This document shows positions 25,980-40,350 of a DNA stretch of 64,000 nucleotides, piece after piece. The position numbers and the translations under genes were made by a program. Each line of letters opens with the position of its first letter. Position 1 is the stretch's first letter. This DNA comes from the human T2T-CHM13v2.0 reference genome, Homo sapiens. The stretch lies in NCBI RefSeq assembly GCF_009914755.1, contig NC_060933.1, one strand, 5' to 3'. A model generated the notes under the pieces. It ran no database searches and had not been told where the DNA came from. It was given only the letters and a program-made list of their open reading frames with translations.

Positions 25980-27740
25980 AACTTTGAAATTTTCAAACTT
26001 TCAGAAAAGCAGAGACATGAGATTAATGGCACTCATAGGCAAACATAGAACATAGATTGTAAACATTTTGCTATATTTGTGTCATGATTATTTTTTGCTT
26101 GTGTTTGAAAATATATTAAAGAAAATTATATTTTACCCCTAAATTCTTTAGTACAGACTTCTAAAAAATAAGAACATTTTCCTGTATAGTTACAAAATCA
26201 CCTTTTCAAACAAAATAAAAAATGTTTTTTTATATCATTTATTACCCAGTCCACATTCAGATTTCCTCAATTATTATGAAATGTCCTTTTATTTTTTGAG
26301 ACAAAGTCTTGCTTTTTCACACAGCCTGAAGTGCAGTGAAACAATCATAGCTCATTGCAGCCTCAAACTCCTGGGCTCAAGTGATCTTCCTGCCTCAGCT
26401 TCCTGAGTAGCTAGGACTATAGGTGCACACCACCATGCCCAGCTAATTTATTGTTTTTATAGAGATGGAGGTCTTATTATGTTGCCCAGGCTGGTCTCAA
26501 ACTCCTGGCCTCAAGTGATCCTTCCAGCTTGGTCTCCCTGAAATATCTTTTGTGGCTGGTTTGTTCAAATTAGTTTCTTCTAATCAAGGGACACACATTG
26601 CATTTGATTATTTAGCTCAAGACTTTTTTAACCTGGAAAATACCCTTACTCTTTGTTTATGTATTTATTTAGTGAAATTGACTTGTTGAAAGACTAGTCA
26701 GTTGTCCTGTAGAATATTTCCCCTTTTGGAATTTTCTGGTTGCTTTTTATGGTGTCATTTAACCTTTCACTCTGTTTTTTCCTGGTTAACTGGAAGTTAG
26801 TTCTAAAGGCTTTTAGGCCTGCTATAACAAAATACCAAAAACTGGATGACTTATAAAGAACAGAAATTTATTTCTCACAGTTCTAGAGACTAGCAAGTTT
26901 AAGATCAAGGAGCATGCGGTTTTGATATCTGGTTAGGACCAACTTTCTGGTTCATAGATTGGCCTTCTTGCTGGGCCCTCACATAGTGGGAGAGACTAGC
27001 TAGCTCTCTGGGGCCTCTTTTATAAGGGCACTAATTCCAATCATGAAGGCTCTGTCCTTATGATCTAATGACCCCCTAAAGGCCCCACCTTTTAATACCA
27101 GCACCTTTGGGGTTAGGATGTCAACATATTAATTTTGGGAAGACATACACGTTCAGCCCATTGCAAGGTTTAGTAAGATTCAGGTTCAACTTCTTTTTTT
27201 AAAGACTATTTCATAGGCAATAATGTGTATTCACATTCCATCATTAGTGATGGTGAGATGATCGCAAGGTTAGGGTGATCACCGCCTATCTCCTCTGCTA
27301 TATTCCCCCTTGGGTCAAGCCAGTAGTCTGTGACGTGAACTTTGTACCATGTGTATATTCAGTTATATTCTGTATCAATAGTTACTTGATTGTTTTAGCA
27401 TTTATTAATGATCCTTGCTTGAGTTGATTATTTCATTAGGGGTTTCAAAATGGTGAATTTCTAATTCTCTAATTCTATCTACATGTTTTAGCTGGCATTT
27501 TTCTATAAGCAGACCATTTTCTTCACAACTGGGTTATTTGGCTACCCTGAAACATAGTTCCTTCCGGGAAGGCAGAACATATGTTTATTTCTGTCTTTTA
27601 AAAATTACTGGTGTTTGGAGTGAAGATTAGGTGAGGTAACTACCTCCACAGGTGACAAATGAATTTTGTTTTGTCTCACTTTTGCTTTTTTGAATATCAC
27701 TGTGGATGCTTGGATTTTTATATTTAATTTGAATGGATTA
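25980..27740 (-). mobile_element. Ancient L1M fragment with nested Alu (about 26290-26540) and MLT1 LTR (about 26815-27165)
   Basis: L1ME-like AT-rich sequence; Alu motifs; MLT1 motif AGAAATTTATTTCTCACAGTTCT. Confidence 0.65.
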
Positions 27741-28222
27741 GGGAATAAATGAGAAGATAGGTTTTATCTCTTTCTGTAGTTTTTATGTGGCTGTGTGAAC
27801 TTACTTTTAAAAATTCCCAGAAATATTTTAATTCCCCTTTAAAGATATAAACTATGTCATACTATAAAGCAAAAGAAAAACCAATCATGTGAAGAGTAAA
27901 TAGTATCGTTTAAACGAATTGTGGTTAAGCTTAATTTGTAACTAATTAGTTTTTTATTTTCTTTCTACTTTTATCTGCTTCAGAGCCTCTTCAGTGGTTT
28001 AGATCTTCTATGTGTCAAATTATTCTAATCTCTTAAAAAGTTTAAGAGCTAAAATACAACACAATGACTACAGGAATGCCTTTGTCCTTTTCTGGGTGGG
28101 TACACCTAAGGCAATTTCTTTTTCTCTTCTTTGTTCTCTTCTTCTTTCTTATTCTTAAATCATCTTCAATATTGGACAGATGACAGCACTGTGCCTGCCT
28201 CAAGATGTTTCTGACTTTTTCT

Positions 28223-28566
<344 letters not shown>

Positions 28567-28579
28567 TGACATTATATAA

Positions 28580-28790
28580 TAGCACTGTTCAATAGAAGTT
28601 TCTTTGATGATGGAACTGTTCTGTAATCTGCATTGTCCCAGCCACTAGCCATATGTGACTACTGAACACTTGAAATGTGGCTAGAGCAACTGAAGAACTG
28701 AATTTTGCATTTTACTTAATTTTAATTAATTAAAATAGAAATGCAAATAACCATAAGTGGTTAGTAGCTACCATACTGGACAGCAAAGAT
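28580..28790. mobile_element. MER3-like hAT-Charlie element
   Basis: GCACTGTTCAATAG...CACTTGAAATGTGGCTAG...TACTGGACAGCA. Confidence 0.72.
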
Positions 28791-31199
28791 CTATAATTCA
28801 GCATTTAAAATCGATTTTGTTTTGTTTTCAAAATGGAGTCAGACTGTTACAACCCAAAAGAACTGTAGGTTAAATTAAGGTAAACCACCAAATACTACAT
28901 ACACATTTGGGAAATCCAAACCAGATTTTTTCATGTGATAACCACACCCTCTTTTGACTTTAGCCTTGGAGGTAATGGAGTATGGCAGAAAAAACCCTGT
29001 ATCAGCAGCTGGAAGACTCACCTTCTTTTCCTAGCTCTGCCATATATTGACCAAAAGAGTCAAAGTCCATTCAGATGGTTGAGGGGCCTTGGAATTTTGT
29101 TTTTGGTTTTCACATACAAGTTGGAGGGCAGATGCGTTAGCCTCTTGAAATACCCAGAAACCACTTGTTTCCTCATCTAAAAATCAGGTATGACAGGATC
29201 ATTTAATTATCCTGGAAATCAGATGAAGCACTGCATATGAAAGCACTTTGTAACATTGATAGCACTGGGAAATGTAAAGACCTTTTACTGAAATATAAAG
29301 GTGTATGGTCAACTGAATATATCTCAGATAATTATGATTTGACTGTATGTATTGAATATAACCTGTAGTGGGCCCCTTGGTAAACAGCTTACAGTTTTGT
29401 TGCAAGTTTTAGCCAAGAGAAAATTTATTTGTTGACTAGTCATGCCCTTTATTGGCCACATGATGAGCAGCAATGGTATTAACACACAGTGCACCTTGCA
29501 GAATTCAAGAATGTCTCAGTGTCTTGTGAACTAGGAAGCTGAAATGCAGTGGTATGCAGAAGGCTGGCTCAGTAGGAGCCTTGGGAGTGTCCTCCAGATA
29601 GATGTTTGTGCAGGTTGTATTTGATTCCAGTTGGCCATGAAAAGCTGGTTACTCTAAAGAATGAGAATATACTTGGTTTTATATTTACTAGAACTATCTG
29701 GGGAACAAATCTTGGGGTGGAAGAAAGAAGGGAGGGAGGGAAAGCTGTGCTTCAATACCTAGGGCTTCTTTCCTGGAATGGATCTGAGAATCTGGGATTG
29801 GGTGGCTAATATCTCATCTCTAGAAGGGAGAAAGAACTGGGTGGTGATGGCTTTGTATTTTCTACTGGAGTTCACTACAGAATAGGTGAATGGAATGGGC
29901 TGCTATGATCCAGACATTAGGGAGGACAGGTTTGTGATACATTAGAAAACTTGAATGAGCCCTTCTATGATTCTCTCTTCCCTCTTTCTGCTTCCCTTTC
30001 TGAATCACCATCCCCAGGTTGTGGAATTAGCAAATCTATTATGTGAGCAATAGCAAACTTACAGGAGCCCTTGGCTCCATCTATCTCCCTGTTTGTGTCA
30101 GTTCATTCTGGATGCTTTTAGTCTGTGGTATTCATTCACTCTTTTTATGGGGAAGTAAAAGGAGTGGGACAGATTATGAGAACAGCTGGGTCCTCCCAGT
30201 TGCTGGGGTGGTTATTTTAAGCTTTGTTTAATGTGTCCAGAGACCCAGATGGCATTTTTAACTAAGCTGCTTTATTAAATCTTGTGATAAAGCATAGTGA
30301 TGTTTATTGAAAAGGCAGACACACATCAGCAACATTATGCGTGAAACTTGCTCTAAGAATTTTCTATAAAACATCTGTTCTCTTTGAGCCTTTGTGAACT
30401 CTGGAAGTTTGCTAGTTTCTATACAGACTTGAGGACAAGAAGTTGGAACCCACTTTTGGAGATGTCCAAGCATAGGTATTGGAATCACTAATCCTAACCC
30501 TCTCAGTTTTAAGGCCCTGGATACCCTTCTGTTAGACAACAGTAACATGAGCAAGCACTGTAATAACATTTAAACAAGATTATTTGGAAATAATGGACAA
30601 GAAAAATTAGTATAAATTGTTTGGGGATTTTAAAATTAAAGATAAAAAGCTAGGGCTTCAATGACCTGTGCCAGCCTATAGCCTTAAGAGTCAATTTGCA
30701 AACACTCAAGATTTGGCCAATATGCCTCTACTACTTCTACTTAACACAGTCAAAGGGAAATTTTTAGATTCTTTCATCTGATTTGACTCTCTTAGTTACG
30801 AATAAGAGGATATCTAGAATATATATGTGACTTGTTAAAATGAAAATCCACCTTCTCTGAGTCTTCAAATATCTTTCATATCTTACATTTTTAGTAACAT
30901 CAACTTTTGAAGTCATGTCCATAGTTGTATGAAAAGAAAAATTTCAGGAACATTCAACCTCAAAAGTTCTTTTTCTTAGTCTGAAGTCATAGAAGCATTT
31001 GACTTTTACTTTTTCTTTTTAAGTTTGTACTAGTAGGTATTTTGTATAAATATAATATTTAGTTATTGCCTTTGTATTCTTTTTCTCTAGTAAACATCCT
31101 GGTTTTTAGCTATCAATATGTAGTTTTACATTTAGGGATTTCTAATGGAAAGAGAAAGGAATCTGAAATCAGAGGACAAGAGTTTATTCTACTTGACCA

Positions 31200-32000
31200 A
31201 ACACATACAAAATACTGGAAGGAGAGTTTTACAACAAATATTTAATATCTATGACATGTAAAAAGGTTTTCCAAATCAAGAAAATTCAAACAATTCAATA
31301 CAAATATCATCAATAATAACACATGAAGAGGTGGCCAACCTTATTAATAACCAGAGAAATATAAATTAAAACAATCCATCAACTTGTAAAAAAGATGAAA
31401 TTACCCAGAGTTGGTGTAGGTGATGGAAAATTGTCATGTTTGTATACTGTTCATAGAAGTTAAATTGACATAACTTTTTGGTCAGGCAATTTGGAAGTAT
31501 ATATCTAAATTAATAGAGAAATTTTCTAATAACCTGGGAATCTCTTAATCTAAGAATCTTTACTGTAGATTTTTCTAGAACAAATGTACAAACATCTATG
31601 TACAAGGGTACTCACTGCAGCATTTTGCTAAGGAAAAACTCAGAAAAAAATCTATATGTTCAACAGAGAACAGGTACATAATTTATGACACAACCACACA
31701 ATATACACCACTAAAATAAAGGAAGTAAATTTATATATAGTATGAAAAAGATGTGAATGATAGCTTGTTGGTGAAAAACAGCAATGACTGGAATATTGTG
31801 TGTAAAGTAATCCTGCTTTTCTGTATATAATGTAGGCATAGAAAATAGGATTGAAAGGACATACTCTAGTCAACAGTGGATATAGCTTGGGTGGAGGGGG
31901 TGTATAATGGGGAAGGAGAGTCCCTTTTCCTATCTATTCCATATACATCTCTGGATTTAAAAGATCATACATGCATATGCATTACCTTCAAAAATAAAAT
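31200..32000 (+). mobile_element. Ancient L1M 3' region
   Basis: Degenerate ORF2 end and 3'UTR (ACACATGAAGAGG...AAATTAAAACAA). Confidence 0.6.
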
Positions 32001-33985
32001 GATAAAGACAAAAGGAGAAGCTTTGGATTTGAATCATGATACTACTGTTTGCAACTTATATGACCGTGGGGAAGTCGCCTAGCCTCCTGGGGTTTATTTC
32101 CTCATTTATAAAAATAGGGAAAGTAATAATACTTGTCTACATATCTTCTAGGGTTGTTGGGAGGATTGAATGTGATAATGGGTTACAGCATTATGAATTA
32201 TTTATTCATATAACACAATTATTATAAAAATATTTTGCTCTGATTAAAATAAAAGAAGGACGAGATCGTGTGTGTTTTTCAGTCCCAGTAGCTTTACTAA
32301 CCAGAAAGCGCCTGCTGATGTGGTGATCACAGTTGCTTTGGTGCAGCTTCCTCTTGACTTTTGGCATTTCTCCATGCTGCTAGCTAAGGCTGAGGTGGCA
32401 ACTGTGGAAGGTGTGAGCTCCTCCCCCTCCCAGCACACATTTGTGTGCGTACTCACACTCATGCACACACAAACACACACATGCACACTCTATCACAGTA
32501 CATGAGGTGGCAGCAGCTGCTCCGGCATAGACTTTCACACAACATAAAGGGCTTTTTTGCTGTGGTCTGTGCATTATTTCCTGTTAAGCATGAGCTGAGT
32601 CAGTGCCATGCTTTTCCATCTGAAACCTTTCTGAGGCTCAGGCTGTGTTAAGAGCAAACCCTCTCCCCTCCATGCTCACCCCATGGCCCTCTACTGAAGC
32701 CAGATCTTAATCTGCTCATTTCATGAGGATTTTCAAACCGAATGGACTGGGCCATGTGAGAGATCACTGAAAGGAACAGACCAAGCAGAGGCTAGGAGAC
32801 TCCACGCTAATCTGCTGAGTCGTCTGAAAATGCACAGCTGTGGGAGCTCACGGTGCTTTAAAGTACTTTGGCAGGATGTTTGTTCAGGGGGCTTGTTCCT
32901 GCAGCCCTGCTGAATGTTTGGTTAGGAGGCATAATCTTTTTTTGGACAGGATCTCCCAAATGTAAAGTGATAGATGTTAATGTGGAATATAATACAGAAG
33001 ATCCAGCTTGGATGTCATAAATAACAATAAATTGTTTAATCTTGCTGAGTTGTAAATCTATGATTGCCAGAGGTCTTTAGTTCACTGGAACATAGTATGG
33101 GGGCAGGGGCACTTAGCAAATAGGCAGTTATTACTTTCCAACCAGACAGAAACTGGTCTGATGGAATTTATCTAAAAAGGCATACACATGTATTTTAATT
33201 AATTGTGACAATTACTCAGAGAAAACACATGGCCCTAAAGGGGCTGAGGGGTTTTTTTGTTCTACCTATGAATGTATATGTATATTCACCTATATTCTAC
33301 CTATGTATAAGTAAGAGAATGAGTTTTTGTTTTGGGGATATATATTTATACGTATCTATACAGATAGATATACACATACTTAATTTCTGTCTACCTATTA
33401 AGGTGCAGTGCCAGATGGAAAGTATTTTTAAGCATTTAGATAGCTTATTCTATAGCATATGTGTGCATATAGCCCCCCCATAAAGCTTTGTCTCTTTTCT
33501 GGATATATTTAACAAGAGGCTAGAACAGAGTCCAAAATGTCAGAAATGTTTGAACATTCCATAGAAATGAAGGAGGTGTTTCCAAATGACCTATGTTTCT
33601 ATGGCAATAAATAGAACTTGTGCTGCGTTGGATGGGTCAGGAGTAAGGAATATAAACAGTGTAAGTATGACTATTCCAGGCAGAAATCTACCTTGTAAGA
33701 ACAGCTTTGTGCAGTGAGCTCAACAACATTGATCAGTTAGCAGTCTGGTTCAGTACAACATTGATCAGGTAGCAAGCCGGTTCGGCAGTGCCAGTCGGAG
33801 ACACAGATGGGGACAATCAAAGAAGATGCAGGTCAGGACAAGGATGCAGACATGTACCTGTCACTACCATGGACTTCAGCGCTTCTTAGTGAGCAGGTTT
33901 ATGATTAAAGAAGAAAGACATCGTTGATATGTAAGCATGTTACAATTAATTTGCTGTTTAGTTATTAGCAAACTACATCCAGTTT

Positions 33986-34303
33986 TTAGTTTTTAGGTTT
34001 TTTTTTTCTTTTTTCTTTTTTGAAACAGGTTCTTGTTCTGTCATCCAGGCTGGAGTGCAGTCGTTATCCAAGCTCACTGCAGCCTTAAACTCCTGGGCTC
34101 AGTGGATCCTCCCACCTCAGCCTCCCAAGAAGCTGGGACTACAGGTGCACGCCACCATGGCCAGCTAAGTTTTCTTATTTTTTTGTAGAGATGAGGTCTT
34201 GCTGTATTGCCCAGGCTGCTCTTGAGCTCCTGGCTTCAAGCCATCCTCCTGTCTTGGTTTCCCAAAGTGCTGGGACTATAGGTGTGACTCACCATGCCTG
34301 GCC
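33986..34303 (-). mobile_element. Alu (AluJ-like) with TSD
   Basis: TSD TACATCCAGTTT on both sides. Confidence 0.92.
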
Positions 34304-36829
34304 TACATCCAGTTTAATTTATACTACAGTGTGGGTTTATTCCTCAAACATGTTTTTGTTTTACATATAAAAATTTGAGGTAAAAGAACATTTTTACATA
34401 GGTCAATAATGGTACATTTAAACAATGGACGACTATATCCATTAAAATCGTGTTGTGGAAGAATATTCAGTGACATGGAAAGACTGACTCAAGGGCAAGT
34501 GAAACGTGTCAAGAGTCTGTTAGGTACTAGACACTGTAAACTGGGTCTTGGCTGTATTACTTGCTTACATCCTCCATCATGTGATCTTTTAGATAACAAA
34601 ATCGAGATACATAGGGATAATTGGTGGGCCGATTGAAGAACAGAACTTGGGCCACACTTCTAGATGCCTGTGACTTTTCTGCATCTATTCAGATATTAGG
34701 AATTGATTATGAAATCCATGGTGGTTTGATGCTAATGAACTCTCCTCTATCTTTCCAGCATGTGTGTAAAGACTTCCAGAGGTACAGGAAGTTGAGGATG
34801 AGCTCTCTTACTTCCATCTGGTCTCCATGTAACAAATCATATAACTGCACAATTATCCAAATGCAAATGAAGGAGTCCCTTGATGTTTGGATAACCACAT
34901 TCATGCCTTGAGTTTGTTATTTCTTGAAATTGCCCTTATCCGTCTCCTGTTTACCCATGAACAACACTACTTAAGGGCTGGCACTCTGCAACCCATGGCA
35001 GCTTGGCTTTGGGGTTCCTTCCAGTGTTTTGTTTTTGTTTTTAACCAAGAAGACAGGAAACAGGCATCTTTGTGTATATGGCTTGCCACAGCCCTTTGTA
35101 GATGGACATGGTGGAGGCTGTGTGGTCCCGGAGAACACTTCCTCTGTGAAGCATCAGGGAAGTTTCTGTTCATTGTGTCTTCACTCTCTCCAATTCACTT
35201 GTGGAGTGATAGGGATTATAACACAGTGAGCAGAGGATATTGGGGAATGTCATGCTTAATTTTCTTTTCTTTTTTCTTCTTAAATGACATTTAAAGCTAA
35301 AAGAGAATCACAAAGGGTAAGTCTGATTTAAGACATTTCACACATGAAAGAAATCCTGGTTTCATGCGTGTTATGTCACAGGAAAAACTCATTTAGAGTC
35401 AACATTCTGCACCTACTCCGAAATTTAGCCTGAGGGTTTAAATATTACCTCGCTGCTCTCTAGGACTTTAATTTGAGCTAATTAGAAATGGAACTCATAC
35501 TAAAACTAATTTAGGAAAGAAGCTATTGATGTTCTGAAGAAAAACAGCTGTCAGAAATAAGATCATTAAAAAACCATAGTTGTATATGGCACAAAATGTA
35601 AAGGAATAGAAATGCTGGGAGAAAGCTTTTATAGAATAACATTTTATCTTTCTTTGGACACTGGTCTAAGGCATGTGAAAGGGCATATTGATTCCCTTGG
35701 CACCTGGTATGCTCATTTATGGATGAAAAAGCCCAATGACATAATTTAGGTGAGGTTTAAGGCTTGATGGGAGGCATTGGTGCCATTAGAAGGACGGACA
35801 CAAAGAGTTCTTAAGTAACGGCATCATGGGAAATGATAATTGCACACTCCTTTCTACTATGTCTTGGTTTCCCCAAGCATTTAGAAGTCATGGCTGGGTA
35901 GGAACAAATTTATCATGAGTCTGTCTGTGTGTTTGGGAATGCGTATGCCTCACAGATGTGTCTGCAGGGGTCTGTGTGATAATGTTCATATATGTGATAG
36001 ATGTGGACCCTGGGATCTGTATCTGTGTGGACCCTGGGATCTGTACATGTGTGTGAGTGACAGTGGACTAGGGTCCACTTTGCCCCCTTTTCCACGTGGG
36101 AGTTGAAGGAAATGCCCCTTAATGGCAGTAGCATCCACTTGGGTGTGTGCACCTTCTGGAGGACTGGGTGAGGTTGCCCTTCTTCCAGCCAAAGCCAGAC
36201 CCTATGGTGTGGGACGTTCAGCGGGGAGCAACAGAATGCCATGGCTTGGTCCTCCCTGGGCTGTGGTCTGGATTTCACTCAGGAATGAAAGTCAGATATT
36301 GCCTGCTTCAATGTTGTAAACATAACTAAGGATAATTATGTAAGTAGACCATCTTTTCCTTGCAAGGTAGCGGTCTGCTGCATTGACAGAGGGTAGTATT
36401 TCTAGGACTTTTTCAGAGAGTAAAATGGTACTTTAAGGGATAATCTGCTATCTAAAGATGAATTTTAAATGTTGGAGGGGGTTGTGGGATTCGGGGAAGA
36501 CAATAGAATAATTTGTGTCATGGTTAATTTAACAAAGAGTTTTTGTTTATAGAATCTGATCTTCGGTGGATTTTAACAACCCTCTTCTTCCTTGGCTTTT
36601 GGCCTTTCAGATAAAGACGCAGAGCCTCAGAGAAGTTAAATGATTGATCCTATGTCAGGGGGTAGAGTCAAGACTCATACCTATGCCTTTTAACTTCAAG
36701 TTGAGTGCTTTTTCTTTATACAAAAGGGCTTCCAAAAGTTATATTTCTTTTTATCAATGACTAGATCTTGAAAGCCATACCTTTTCTGATGGCATTTATC
36801 CTGGGCTAATTGGTAGAGACAGGGTGAAC

Positions 36830-37104
36830 AGAAGAGAAGACATAGACACGCAGAGAAGAAAGTGATGTGAAAACAGAGGCAGAGATTGGAGTGATGTGAA
36901 CACAAGCTCGGAAATATGTGGAGGCAACAGAAACTGGAAGAGGCAAGGGAGGATCCTCCCCTAGAGCCTTTCGATGAGGCAGACCCCCACTGACACCTTG
37001 ATTTTGAACTTCTGGCCTCCAGAACTGTAAGGGAATAAATTTTAATTGCTTTTAGCCACCAAGTTTATGGCAATTTGTTATAGCAGCCTTGTGAAGCTAA
37101 TACA
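36830..37104 (+). mobile_element. MLT1 (ERVL-MaLR) LTR 3' part
   Basis: CTTCTGGCCTCCAGAACTGT...AATAAAT...CTAATACA terminus. Confidence 0.85.
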
Positions 37105-37128
37105 AACTTTGTATTAGATTACAAACTT

Positions 37129-37390
37129 TGTATTCATTTCCTAGGACTCCCATAACAAATTACCACATATTTGGTGGTTTAAAATCACAGAAATTTATTC
37201 TCTCACAGTTCTGGAGGCCAGAAGTCAAAATCAAGGTATCAGCATGGCCACACTCTGTAGATGCTCTAGGGAGAATCTGCTCCCTGCCTCTTCCAGCTTC
37301 TGGCAGCAGAATACATTCCTTGGCTTCCCGGGTGTGGCTGCATCACTCCAATCTTTGCATCTGTCTTCATATCTCCTCTTCTTTGTGTCT
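37129..37390 (-). mobile_element. MLT1 (ERVL-MaLR) LTR 3' part, inverted relative to its neighbour
   Basis: TGTATT...AGAAATTTATTCTCTCACAGTTCTGGAGGCCAGAAGTC. Confidence 0.85.
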
Positions 37391-37399
37391 ATTCTAGTA

Positions 37400-38210
37400 A
37401 GTACAAAGTGCTGCATCTTCCGTGATGGAAGTGGCCCAAATTAACCAATCTACCACCAGGTAGCTGGCTGATCATTTGGGGAATGGTACCATAAGGAGAC
37501 TCAGTGTTGGTCCCTGCTGCTGGTAGAGTAGGCACTCTGCAGTGGCCATAGCCAGGTCAGCCTTGGTGAGTGAATGTCCATGTTGTTGAGCCCATGCATA
37601 GCCTTCATCCCTGCCATCACGGCCATGGTATTACAGCATTCTTGCATTGCTATGAAGAAATACCTGAGGCTGGGTAATTTACAAAGAAAAGAAGTTTCCT
37701 TAGCTCATGGTTCTGAAGGCTGTACAAGCCTGGTGCCGGCATCTCCTTGGCTTCTGGTGAGGCCTCAGGAGCTTTTACACATGGCGGATGACAAAGTGGG
37801 AGCAGGCATATCACACAGCAAGAGTGGGAGCAAGAGAACAAAAGAGAAGGTGCCACATACTTTTAAACAAGCAGATCTCATGTAAACTCAGAGCGAGAAC
37901 ACATTTATCATCAAGGGCATGGTGCTAAACCATTCATGAGGGACTCGCCCCCATGATCCAAACACCTCTCACTGGGCCCCACCGCTAACACTGGAGATTA
38001 CATTTCAATATGAGATTTGGAGGAGACAAACATCTAAACCATATCAGCCACTTGGCTCATGAGCCCATTGGACAATGACAGGAATGGCTGGGGGAAAGCC
38101 ACTCATTGACATCCACAGAACTGGTCATCCTATTATTAAAATCCTCCTCTGCCTAGGTCACCATTTGGTGAGTGTCCATAAGGGACACAAATATCTTCAC
38201 AATTTTCCAT
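37400..38210 (-). mobile_element. ERVL internal pol fragment (RNase H end / integrase zinc finger) split by an MST LTR
   Basis: Minus-strand translation gives QWAHE...GRDEGYAWAQQHG..LTKADLA.ATAEC..QQQ.PTL...QPATWW. Confidence 0.75.
37627..38046 (-). mobile_element. MST (ERVL-MaLR) solo LTR
   Basis: TTGCTATGAAGAAATACCTGAGGCTGGGTAATTT...AAACCATATCA; near-perfect 5-bp TSD GCCAT/GCCAC. Confidence 0.88.
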
Positions 38211-39519
38211 GTCTTACCTTAGAAGCCCCATCACCCACTCTTTCACATCTCCTCCAGTACTTATCCCCCAGATGATAGGACCATGTCCAGCAATACCTCT
38301 TCTCTCTGGTATTGATGGGTTAATGAGCAGATCTCACATAGGTAAAATTTCCAGATATCTAGAATTTAATCTTCTGTTAATTCTCCAATTATAACTAAAG
38401 TATTTCAGGTTGAAACTTCATTCAAGTGTAATTACTCACTTTAACCTTAAACAGAATGTATATTACATTTTCAAAAATAACTGAAATTTAATAAGATAAA
38501 AATGTATCTATAATCATTCCTACTTAATAACTTTACATGTTTATTTCTGCATTTTTCTAAGTCCTTGCCCCAAAGTGGACATAATTTTATACTGTAATAG
38601 CATAAAATAATTTTGCATTTGACATTTTTGATTTGGCATTAAACTATAGTTTATGTTTCTTTCGCTACTGCTTAAGAAAATGTGGGTGGTTGTAATAAAT
38701 AAACCTGAAATGTAGGCAATTTTTATTGCCTTAAAAACAATAGAATGTTATTTCTCACTCACACAATAGTCCAATGAGGATGTCCCTGGTGGGCAAAGAC
38801 TCTTGTCTACCAAATGGGATGGGGACTCAGTTTCCTTCCCTCTTGTGACTCTGGCATTGCCTAGAGCCACATGATTACCTGTACTGAATCTGTAGAAAGA
38901 GAAATAAGCAGTGTAGAGATGATATGTCTGTTTTCTGATATCCTCAGCCTAGAAGAAACACACATTACTTCTGTTCTTATTCTCATACTAGTTTATCACC
39001 CATTGTCCAAATGCACCATGTGGCCACACCTAGATGCAAGGGTGGGTTGGAAAATGTAGCCCCTGGCTGGGCAGCTGTTCCTCAGCATTGACTCTGTGCT
39101 ATGGAAGGGCTTCCTAAGTTTTTGTGGACTGCTATCCCAGTCTGTCACCACTATACAATCTTCATAATTTTCCCTTTAAATGGCTGAGAGAAAATTTTGA
39201 ACAAAAGCTACAAACATTTTTCAGATTCTTGATTCTCCAGACTTATTACTTGAGGGCAGTGACTAAATTATATTCAGTTCTATATCAGAAGGTTCTTCCA
39301 TATTGCCAGTTTCATGGTAGATACTCAATAAAATGAGTTGAATGACTACATAAATTTTAGCAAGAGCATATGAAAAATAATTTATCATGACTTTGGGTAA
39401 TACTATAGGTGTAATTATTGTCCTTTCTCTTTCCTGACTTAATTAATAGCACCACTATCCATTAAGTTATTAAAGGTAGAAAGCTGAGATTATTCTTGAC
39501 TCCTTTTCTCACTGGTCCA

Positions 39520-40350
39520 GTATTAGTTATTTATTGCAGTGTAAGAAATTACCATGAAACTTAGTGGCTTAGTTGGGGCTTGATGGGGGCTGGAGGATCC
39601 ACTGCAAGATGGCTCAGTCACTTGGCTGGCAAGGTGGTGCTGGCTGTTATCCTCCCATCTGATCCTCCTCTTTCCGCTCCTGCCACTCTTCAAGGTATTT
39701 TTTCCAGAGCAGCCATTCATCATTCATTTATTTTTTCCCATTAATTAATTCAACAGATATTTATTGTATACTTACCATATGCCAGACTTGTTCTAGGTTC
39801 TTGGAATATAGCAGTGAAAAAAAAAAACAGTCCTTGGATCTTATATACAGTGGGGAAATAAACATATAATGTAGAAAATTAGATGGTAATATGTGTGAGC
39901 ACATATATTTATTATTTCTCATCATTTCTGAGACAGGAGATGGGTATTCTGGCTTGGGGACTCACATGAGGTCACAGTTACATGTTGGTATTGGTTTGGT
40001 CATATGAAGGCTTGGTGGGGGCTGGAGGATCCACTGTGAGATGGCTCAATCCCTTGGCTGGAAAGTTGGTGCTGGCTGTTGTTGGCAGGCCTTGCTTCCT
40101 CTTCACAGGGCTTCTTGAGTGTCTTCATGACATGGCGGCTGGCCTCTCCCAAAATAAGCTGTCCAAGAGAGCAGGGCAGAAGTGTCCATGCCATTTATGG
40201 CCTCATCATGGAAGTCACACACAATCACTTCTGCAATATATACTGATTACCCAGATCTGCATCGTTCAGTGTGGGAGGGGACCACAAAAAGGCACAAATG
40301 CCAAAAGGCAAGGACCATTGGGGCCATTTTGGAGGCTATTTACCACAGCC
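39520..40350 (-). mobile_element. MLT1 LTR inserted in L2, carrying an internal templated insertion
   Basis: TATTAGTTATTTATTGC...AACTTAGTGGCTTA start; resumes at about 39899 with TTTATTATTTCTCA. Confidence 0.7.

Noticed and set aside
40191-40200. CArG box CCATTTATGG as a muscle SRF enhancer
   Set aside because: A single 10-mer inside an LTR is expected by chance in 64 kb; no supporting evidence.
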